This document shows positions 57,723 through 64,000 of a stretch of DNA of 64,000 bases, one piece after another (positions within the stretch are counted from its first letter, which is position 1; each line of letters starts with the position of its first letter). The notes under the pieces were generated by a model. The model was not told the DNA's origin, did no database searches, and was given only the letters and a program-made list of their open reading frames with translations. The stretch comes from an uncultured Candidatus Bathyarchaeia archaeon (lineage in GTDB: Archaea; Thermoproteota; Bathyarchaeia; 40CM-2-53-6; JALHTG01), in assembly GCA_964631575.1 (NCBI GenBank), contig CAZVYD010000001.1:33262-97261 (forward strand), read 5' to 3'. The position numbers and the translations under genes are program-made.

Positions 57723-58337
57723 TTGAGATCGCTTGACCAATTGATAAAGAAGGCACAAGAACTCAAATCGGGAGGACTCACCACTCAAGAGATCTCTGAA
57801 GAGCTGAAAGTTCAAGCTGACACAGTTGTCTGGCTTCTTCTTCGCGGAAAGGAACGTCTCAGAAAGGCAACTCCGATTGATCTTTTCGTAGACTGGAGCC
57901 CAATAGGCTCCAACGCACGTCGTCTATCTCTTGCTGGATGGGCGCTCGCTGATCTGGCGAGAGAATCAATCAAAAACGAGGAATTCGAATCGCCTGATGC
58001 GGTTCTTGCAGTTGAGGGAAGCGGTATGGTTCTGGGTATGACCGTGGCGGAGGAGCTTGAGAAGCCCTTTGCAGCCGTCAGGCCGCAAAGGACTGCAGAC
58101 AGGAAGCTATCTGGAGCAATCAATCCATCATTTGCATCCATCGACAGCAAGAAAGTGTTGGTGGTTGACGCGGTTCTGATGGAGGGCGAAGCAGCCAAGG
58201 CTGCAGTTCAGACTGCTCGAAGTGTCAGAGCCAAACCTATCGGTATAGTTGTGCTCATAAACAAAAGCAATCAAGACAGCATAGACGGAGTTCCGTTGAA
58301 GGCGCTGATCCAGTTGCTCACCATGGCGAAGAGCTAG
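57723..58337 (+). CDS. HTH + phosphoribosyltransferase-domain regulator (GfcR/PyrE-like family)
   Basis: N-terminal HTH (GLTTQEISEELKV) and PRTase motif VLVVDAVLMEG. TTG start with AGGAGG SD at 57711-57716 (5 nt spacer); the ORF-track start at 57690 lacks an SD. Confidence 0.55.
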   Translation: MRSLDQLIKKAQELKSGGLTTQEISEELKVQADTVVWLLLRGKERLRKATPIDLFVDWSPIGSNARRLSLAGWALADLARESIKNEEFESPDAVLAVEGSGMVLGMTVAEELEKPFAAVRPQRTADRKLSGAINPSFASIDSKKVLVVDAVLMEGEAAKAAVQTARSVRAKPIGIVVLINKSNQDSIDGVPLKALIQLLTMAKS

Positions 58338-59515
58338 CCTTCCTTTCGGAACTTTGCAACAAAATAGCCCGAGTCATGGAGTTGCGGATGAAATCTTTGA
58401 GTGAGCCCTCCTTCTGGGAATAGGGCATCAAGTCCGCTTGAACCGAGCATCAAGCTCTGTTTTTCCACCTTCAGTCCGCACTCATCAACAGCGAACTTGA
58501 CGTTTTCCTCGCATTCAGGCATGGTCATGGTACAGACGCTGTAAACCAAGGTGCCCCCTAGACGGAGTATCTTGGAAGCCGCTTTCAGAAATTGCCTCTG
58601 ATACCGAGAGAGCGCTTGGATCTCTTCACGTGACGTATATTCATACGTCTTTGGCTTCACACCTAATGCTGAACAGGGAGGATCCACCAGGCATCTATCA
58701 GCAACAAGCTCCTGAAAGTCTACATCCAAGTACCTCGCATCATGCGCGATCAAGACCACCCCCCCACAGCCGAGCCGTTGAACTGTCTCTCTAGTAAGAC
58801 CGATCTTCCTTTCGTTCCGATCGAAACCGAATGCTTTCGCGAGCCCCTTTGTGATCTGGCTGATATGTGAAAGCTTGCCGCCTGGCGCACAAGTGAGATC
58901 GATGATAGTTTCCCCTGGCTGCGGGTCTAGGATTCTCGTTGTCAGGATAGCCGGCAACGATTGGGGATACACGAGGCCCTGCTCGTACTCCGGCATCTCT
59001 CTAAGGCTCGGAACTTTGAATAAAGGGAAGACAACTTCAACGGCAAGTCCTCGCCGAAAGGTCAGTATGCTATTTTCGTTCATTTGAGCCAAGCCTGCAC
59101 CTACAACTTGACCTTGGTCGTCCATGATCGTAACTCTGTCCCCCCTCCTCAACCCTCGGCATATTCTGATACCAGGGGCATAGACGTGCGCACCCTGCAA
59201 AACAGATTCAGCCGTGAATTTGTCTACGATGATCTTCTTCTCAAAGTTCTGAATAGATCCTAAGATCTCAACCTCAAAGTAAAGTGCCTCATCGATCAGC
59301 GGATGCCTGTATACCCGTATACCCCTTGTTTCAAATTGTCTCACAATGCGATCGACAGTTGTCTTCAGAGTGTTCACTCGAAAGTAGTAGTGTCGCCCTG
59401 GCCGCTTTAGCGACTGGACTACTTTGCCCAGATCGTCGCCGTAGACCCTTTCCAGTTCAGAGAGTGTATCCAGTGAGAACCGGAATCTTTTCGCTAACGC
59501 CTCTAGCTCAGGCAT
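58334..59515 (-). CDS. NOL1/NOP2/Sun-family RNA (cytosine-C5)-methyltransferase with PUA domain
   Basis: SAM motif DLTCAPGGK, catalytic PPCSALG and TC motif (YSVCT). Confidence 0.85.
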   Translation of the reverse strand: MPELEALAKRFRFSLDTLSELERVYGDDLGKVVQSLKRPGRHYYFRVNTLKTTVDRIVRQFETRGIRVYRHPLIDEALYFEVEILGSIQNFEKKIIVDKFTAESVLQGAHVYAPGIRICRGLRRGDRVTIMDDQGQVVGAGLAQMNENSILTFRRGLAVEVVFPLFKVPSLREMPEYEQGLVYPQSLPAILTTRILDPQPGETIIDLTCAPGGKLSHISQITKGLAKAFGFDRNERKIGLTRETVQRLGCGGVVLIAHDARYLDVDFQELVADRCLVDPPCSALGVKPKTYEYTSREEIQALSRYQRQFLKAASKILRLGGTLVYSVCTMTMPECEENVKFAVDECGLKVEKQSLMLGSSGLDALFPEGGLTQRFHPQLHDSGYFVAKFRKEG

Positions 59516-59551
59516 TTCTCTGCTCTCGTCAACCGCTGAGTCACGTTGGGT

Positions 59552-60055
59552 TCAGAGGCGTAAGATCTCCACTTGTCTGCTTTCGGTATCCATCGTCGCG
59601 ATTGTGGGTTGTCCACTAAGGTATCCGCAGACCTCTCCTGGGTTGACGATGAGAGTTCCTTCTGAAACGTATGATTTTGCCTCATGAGTATGTCCGCAAA
59701 CGATCAGATGGTAGGACTGGCTTCTAATCAGCGAGTAGAGCAGGTCAAGTTCATCGCCATGGGTCAAGGCAACTCTCATCCCGCCGGCTTCAACTTCTGC
59801 GAAGCTTCCACGAACTTCCTTCCCGATCTCGGCAAACCTCCTTCTCAAACTCTCCTTTTCAGCGTCATTGTTTCCGTAGATTGCTATCATTGGCGCTTTC
59901 AGGTCGCTGAACGATCTTGGAACAAATGGGCTTATGATATCCCCGGCGTGGAGAACAAGTGATACTTCGGCCCGATTCAATTGATCTACTGCCCTTCTGA
60001 TCAAAGGTAGGTTGTCATGCGTGTCTGAAATCATTCCAATGATCAAGCCATTCAC
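59552..60055 (-). CDS. Metallophosphoesterase (YfcE/MJ0936 family)
   Basis: GMISDTHDN...GDII...GNND...GHTH motifs. Confidence 0.8.
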   Translation of the reverse strand: MNGLIIGMISDTHDNLPLIRRAVDQLNRAEVSLVLHAGDIISPFVPRSFSDLKAPMIAIYGNNDAEKESLRRRFAEIGKEVRGSFAEVEAGGMRVALTHGDELDLLYSLIRSQSYHLIVCGHTHEAKSYVSEGTLIVNPGEVCGYLSGQPTIATMDTESRQVEILRL

Positions 60056-60182
60056 CGCGACCTAAATGTTGTGTTCGAGCTATATTGGGGTGTTGTAGAT
60101 GCCACTTGCTGTTGATTCGAGCGAGGCAAAGTTGAGGCGACGCCCAGATTTTTACATACCTATAAAGCCGCGTATTCGGAAG

Positions 60183-60704
60183 ATGTCCGGGCAAGTGACG
60201 AACCCTCGAAGCTGGAAGGTTAGTCTGGAGAATGGAAATTTGCACAAAAGAGTAGGAATACACCCCAAAGACGAACTTAGGCTGGAAGATCTCTTGGACC
60301 GAGTGAAGACTCATGAACGCTTCAAGGATGTGGGAGGAATAGGTGCATTCATCGGAGTAACCCGGAGCAGTTCAGCCGACGGTGAACCTGTTTCACACTT
60401 GGAGCTAGAGGCTTACGAAGGCAAGGCTGAGGAGGCGATGGCATCCATAGCTGATGATATTGCCAGCCGAAGCGGGATAGTGGATGTCCACATACATCAT
60501 GTTGTAGGGAAGCTCGAACAGGGAGAATTGATAATGGCCGTGCTCGTGGCGGGGAGATCTAGAAAAGACGTTTTTCCGGCGCTGATTGAAGCTGTCGAAA
60601 GAACAAAGAGCACCGTTCCGATCTGGAAGAAAGAGTTTCTGACTTCCGGAGAATCATACTGGGTCGGTGAAAATGATCGTACCGCTAAGCCGGAGAAAGA
60701 CTGA
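60183..60704 (+). CDS. moaE: Molybdopterin synthase catalytic subunit MoaE
   Basis: GAFIGVTR...HRVG...PIWKKE motifs. Start uncertain (ATG at 60099 also in frame). Confidence 0.65.
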   Translation: MSGQVTNPRSWKVSLENGNLHKRVGIHPKDELRLEDLLDRVKTHERFKDVGGIGAFIGVTRSSSADGEPVSHLELEAYEGKAEEAMASIADDIASRSGIVDVHIHHVVGKLEQGELIMAVLVAGRSRKDVFPALIEAVERTKSTVPIWKKEFLTSGESYWVGENDRTAKPEKD

Positions 60705-60725
60705 ATCGCTTATGCAATCCAACCC

Positions 60726-61355
60726 TTACAGCTTGAAGTAGCGCTGTGCGCGATCAGACGCAGCAACCCGCTGTCTTCTTCCGTTCAGCAAGAGCAAGGC
60801 CACTGCGAGTGAAATAGTCGTCACAAGGGGCACCGTGCCAAACTCCGGTATTATCACTTCGACTTTTGAACGGAGAACCTCTTCCTCAGTCACCCCTACA
60901 TATCTGCCGCGCACAAGGCCCTCTTGGTCGACTAGAATAAGTGTTGGAAGTTCGGTGACTTGGTACTTGTTTGCGACGCCAGCGCTATCCGTAGATGGGG
61001 GGACGACTATCCAATCTAATTCGTACTTCTGTATCCATTTTCTAACGTCCAGTTCTGTGTCGAGGATGGGATCTATGTCGATTGAGATTATTACGAGTGT
61101 ATCGTTGCGGTAGCGGTTCGATAGTGCCTTAAGATGTGGCATTTCTTCTTGGCAAGTCCGACACCAAGTGGCAAAGAAGTCAATCAGAACAATTCTACCT
61201 TTGAAGTCGGAAAGTGAGAAACGTCTTCCGTTTATGTCAGTCAGTGTGAAGTCCGGGGCTACTGCTTGTCCATGGGAAGGGCTGACTGCAAGAATGATGA
61301 GCATAATCACTAAGAGTGGGACACTGGCAAGCGGTGAGCGCGGCATGAGCTTCAC
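60726..61355 (-). CDS. Thioredoxin-fold thiol-disulfide oxidoreductase (TlpA/ResA-like), membrane-anchored
   Basis: N-terminal signal/anchor; CxxC active site ATWCRTCQEE; C-terminal hydrophobic helix. Confidence 0.75.
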   Translation of the reverse strand: MKLMPRSPLASVPLLVIMLIILAVSPSHGQAVAPDFTLTDINGRRFSLSDFKGRIVLIDFFATWCRTCQEEMPHLKALSNRYRNDTLVIISIDIDPILDTELDVRKWIQKYELDWIVVPPSTDSAGVANKYQVTELPTLILVDQEGLVRGRYVGVTEEEVLRSKVEVIIPEFGTVPLVTTISLAVALLLLNGRRQRVAASDRAQRYFKL

Positions 61356-61491
61356 TAGGAGCGCCTTATTTCATTCACTATTAAGTGTTTATGCGGAGCC
61401 TTTTGAGCATCTCAAATCGAGCGGATTCGTCATTCATACTAACAACTCTTATTAGAGAAGTTGCACTCCGGGAATTTGGAGTCAAGGGCGA

Positions 61492-61914
61492 ATGGTTGAG
61501 AAAGTTCTTGTCCCAGTTGACGGTTCGAAGGTGATGGATCGAAATGTCCGGTTCGCCTGCAATCTCATCAAGACCTTGGGAGGAACCATGACCTTGATTC
61601 ACGTTGTGAGCCTGCCGGCTTCCATGGAGCCCGGTGTACCCATCGATCCCACGCCATTAGAGCAAGCAGGAGCGAAGATTCTGGAGGGTGCACAAAGGAT
61701 TGCAGAGGAGGAAGGCTGCAAGGCCGAAGGGATTCTTGAGACCGATTTTGGAAATGCGGGCCATAGGATAGTCAGAGTTGCCCAAGAGAGATTATTCACT
61801 CTAATAGTGATCGGTGCAAGAGGCAAGAGCAAAATCGTCAACCTCCTCTTGGGAAGCGTTTGTGATGTGGTGGCCCACAACGCGCCCTGCCCGGTTATGA
61901 TTGTTCGGCCGTAA
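61492..61914 (+). CDS. Universal stress protein UspA family
   Basis: VLVPVDGS...LLLGSVCDVVAHNAPCPVMIV. Confidence 0.8.
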   Translation: MVEKVLVPVDGSKVMDRNVRFACNLIKTLGGTMTLIHVVSLPASMEPGVPIDPTPLEQAGAKILEGAQRIAEEEGCKAEGILETDFGNAGHRIVRVAQERLFTLIVIGARGKSKIVNLLLGSVCDVVAHNAPCPVMIVRP

Positions 61915-62010
61915 CAGTTGATCAATAGAGTAGAAAGCGATGAAATGTCTGGCCGGACAAGGAAAGCCTTATTGTTCACTCAGTAAGACTTACGGACGAG
62001 GATCAGCGAG

Positions 62011-62415
62011 ATGTTTCAGAAGGCATTGGTCCCCATTGACGGCTCCCAGTTCACTCCTGGACTTGTGGCGTACGCCATAGGCTTCGCGAAGAAGATTGGG
62101 TGTTCTCTGACCTTTGTGTACGTTGTGAATATGCCCCCGACAGCATCCGCTTCTGATATAGAAAAGCAGAAGGCGGCGGGCACGAAGATTCCAGACGAGT
62201 GTAAAGGGACAGCTACCAGTGAAGGGCTGTCAGCCTCGTCGAGAGTCGAAGTTGGGTCGCCGGCTGAAACAATCATCAACATTGCTGAGCATGACAAGTT
62301 CGATCTGATAATCATAGCTTCACGGGGTTACAGTCGCTTAAGGAGACTGATTGTAGGAAGCGTCGCGGATCAGGTGATGAAGCTGGCACCGTGCCCCGTC
62401 TTGGTGTTTAGGTGA
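62011..62415 (+). CDS. Universal stress protein UspA family (second copy)
   Basis: ALVPIDGS...LIVGSVADQVMKLAPCPVLVF. Confidence 0.8.
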   Translation: MFQKALVPIDGSQFTPGLVAYAIGFAKKIGCSLTFVYVVNMPPTASASDIEKQKAAGTKIPDECKGTATSEGLSASSRVEVGSPAETIINIAEHDKFDLIIIASRGYSRLRRLIVGSVADQVMKLAPCPVLVFR

Positions 62416-62526
62416 ACTCCTTCACATAATCAGTTTGATTCTTCCTAGTGCCTCTCTAGTATCGATGATTGTCCTAGTGAGTACCAATCTCTTCGCTTAG
62501 TCACAACCTGCACTCGATATCGAAAC

Positions 62527-63000
62527 TTGTCAGGTCCTGTCATCCGTCTTCCAAACGAAACTCTTTATGTAGCAGCCAACTCTACCTCGTTGGCACTGAG
62601 TCTGGTGGGAGGGATGTTCGAGAATCTCTCGAAAGAACAGCTGGAAGCAATTCTAGAGTCACTTCCAGTTGACATCACTTTTGTTGATAGTGACGATACA
62701 GTGAGGTACTACAACAGAGACGGCAAGAGGATCTTTGTCCGCACCCCTGCTGTTATTGGCAGGAAAGTGCAGAACTGTCATCCGCCCAAGAGTCTAGCAC
62801 CCGTAAATCAGATTCTCAGCGAGTTCAAGAGTGGAAAGAGAGAAGCCGCAGAGTTCTGGATTCAAGTGAAAGACCGTATGGTCTTCATACGCTATTTTCC
62901 CGTGAGAGACCGTGATGGTAAGTATCTGGGATGTCTAGAGGTCTCTGAAGACATCACCGAAATCAAGAAGCTAGAAGGCGAAAAGAGGTTACTCCAGTGA
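62527..63000 (+). CDS. DUF438/PAS-like domain protein
   Basis: LPVDITFVDSDDTVRYYN motif recalled from the DUF438 family; true start probably at the internal MFENLSKEQL. Confidence 0.45.
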   Translation: MSGPVIRLPNETLYVAANSTSLALSLVGGMFENLSKEQLEAILESLPVDITFVDSDDTVRYYNRDGKRIFVRTPAVIGRKVQNCHPPKSLAPVNQILSEFKSGKREAAEFWIQVKDRMVFIRYFPVRDRDGKYLGCLEVSEDITEIKKLEGEKRLLQ

Positions 63001-63016
63001 ACGAGATAGCCCGCTC

Positions 63017-64000
63017 TTAATCCTTAGAACCTGACTGTTGTGCTCCGGCTATCGTTTCCTCGGGTTCTTTGAATTGCATTTGGTATAGCCGTGCGTAGAG
63101 GCCCTTCTTCGCAATCAGTTGATCATGCGTGCCTTCCTCGATTATTCTCCCTTCATTTAGGACAATTATGCGATCAGCGTTCCTCACGGTAGATAGCCGA
63201 TGCGCTATTATGAGGGCCGTCCGGTTCTTGAGAAGCTTCTCTAGGGCCCGTCTGATCAACAGCTCGGTATAGGGATCGACGCTTGATGTGGCTTCGTCCA
63301 TTATGAGGATTCGAGGATCAGCTAAGAGTGCTCTTGCGAAGGAGATGAGTTGCCTCTGACCAATTGATAGGTTCGTGGCGCCTTCTCGTATAGTTGTGTC
63401 GTAGCCTTCGGGTAGCCTTTCAATGAAGTCATGGGCGCCGACAGCTTTCGCCGCATGAATGACAGCGCTGTCTGACGCCTCTGGCCTTGAATAGCGTATG
63501 TTTTCCCTTACTGATCCTGCGAAGAGAAACGGCTCTTGGAGGACGAGTCCAATCTGTCTGTGGAGCGATTGAAGTTTCACGTCTCGAAGGTCGTGTCCGT
63601 CAACTTTGATCGATCCAGTCGTGGGGTCATAGAATCGACAGACAAGATTCATGAGAGTAGTCTTGCCGGCGCCTGTGGGGCCAACGATGGCTAAAGTTTC
63701 GTTGGAAGCGACTGTTAGGCTTATGTTGTTTAGCACCGGGAATCTCGGATCGTAGCCGAAAGAAACGTCTTCGAAATTTATTTCTCCTCTGAGCGTTTGG
63801 AGTTCAACCGCGTCGCGCCTCTCGACTATGTCCATTGGGGCGTCAATCAGTTCGAACATTCTCTCGGCACCAGCCATGGCGGACTGAAAGTGCGTGTAGA
63901 ATACGCTCAATTGCAGAAGCGGCCGGAAGAACATTGTCAGGTAAGACATGAAAGCCACGATCGTGCCTATGGTAATCGTGCCTAAGCCGGCTTGGAGTCC
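63017..64000 (-). CDS. ABC exporter, fused permease/ATPase (MsbA-like), partial (N-terminus beyond window end)
   Basis: Walker A GPTGAGKTT, signature LSIGQRQ, Walker B ILIMDEAT. The reading frame stays open upstream of 63958 to the window end (last TM helix IGTIVAFMSYL). Confidence 0.85.
   Translation of the reverse strand, partial: GLQAGLGTITIGTIVAFMSYLTMFFRPLLQLSVFYTHFQSAMAGAERMFELIDAPMDIVERRDAVELQTLRGEINFEDVSFGYDPRFPVLNNISLTVASNETLAIVGPTGAGKTTLMNLVCRFYDPTTGSIKVDGHDLRDVKLQSLHRQIGLVLQEPFLFAGSVRENIRYSRPEASDSAVIHAAKAVGAHDFIERLPEGYDTTIREGATNLSIGQRQLISFARALLADPRILIMDEATSSVDPYTELLIRRALEKLLKNRTALIIAHRLSTVRNADRIIVLNEGRIIEEGTHDQLIAKKGLYARLYQMQFKEPEETIAGAQQSGSKD

Noticed and set aside
1-64000. CRISPR arrays, rRNA genes, transposases/integrases, obvious direct or inverted terminal repeats
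   Set aside because: No repeat-spacer periodicity, no rRNA-like conserved stretches, and no ORFs with transposase, integrase or recombinase motifs were seen on either strand.

Overview
This 64 kb window is an archaeal chromosomal segment with about 50% GC and is dominated by conserved core genes. I found no rRNA, tRNA or CRISPR array. Four well-known archaeal neighbourhoods are present: (1) L44e-S27e-aIF2alpha-Nop10; (2) PCNA-PriL-PriS-GINS; (3) TFS-DUF99-RpoL-Csl4-METTL5-like methyltransferase-Dph2; (4) L21e-RpoF-DUF655-KsgA plus L10e and SRP54. These lie in a single run of 24 minus-strand genes spanning about 36.0-53.5 kb. Other confident calls are IleS, AglB/STT3, Hef, PEP synthase, GcvT/GcvH, AhcY, DHS-aIF5A, NadK, Nob1, CarS, RadB and Clp1. 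Several genes carry strong Shine-Dalgarno sites (GGAGGTGA), and TTG/GTG starts are frequent. Nop10 is a sub-60-aa gene the ORF track missed; it has a TTG start overlapping the aIF2alpha stop as TTGA. The best candidate for an accessory module is a two-gene wHTH + nucleotidyltransferase pair at 7.4-8.9 kb, which resembles an AbiEi/AbiEii type IV toxin-antitoxin / abortive-infection system. Other points of interest: a truncated secreted protein with a Tyr/Trp-rich segment at the window start; an IleS whose HIGH and KMSKS motifs look non-canonical; an RNase III-like domain protein with substituted catalytic acids next to DUF99; a PAC2-like chaperone ending in an HbYX-like tail directly abutting an Hsp20; small SD-driven single-TM ORFs; and a 370 bp non-coding gap inside an otherwise tightly packed ribosomal/RNAP cluster. 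All functional calls rest on motif-level reading of the translations; no database search was possible.
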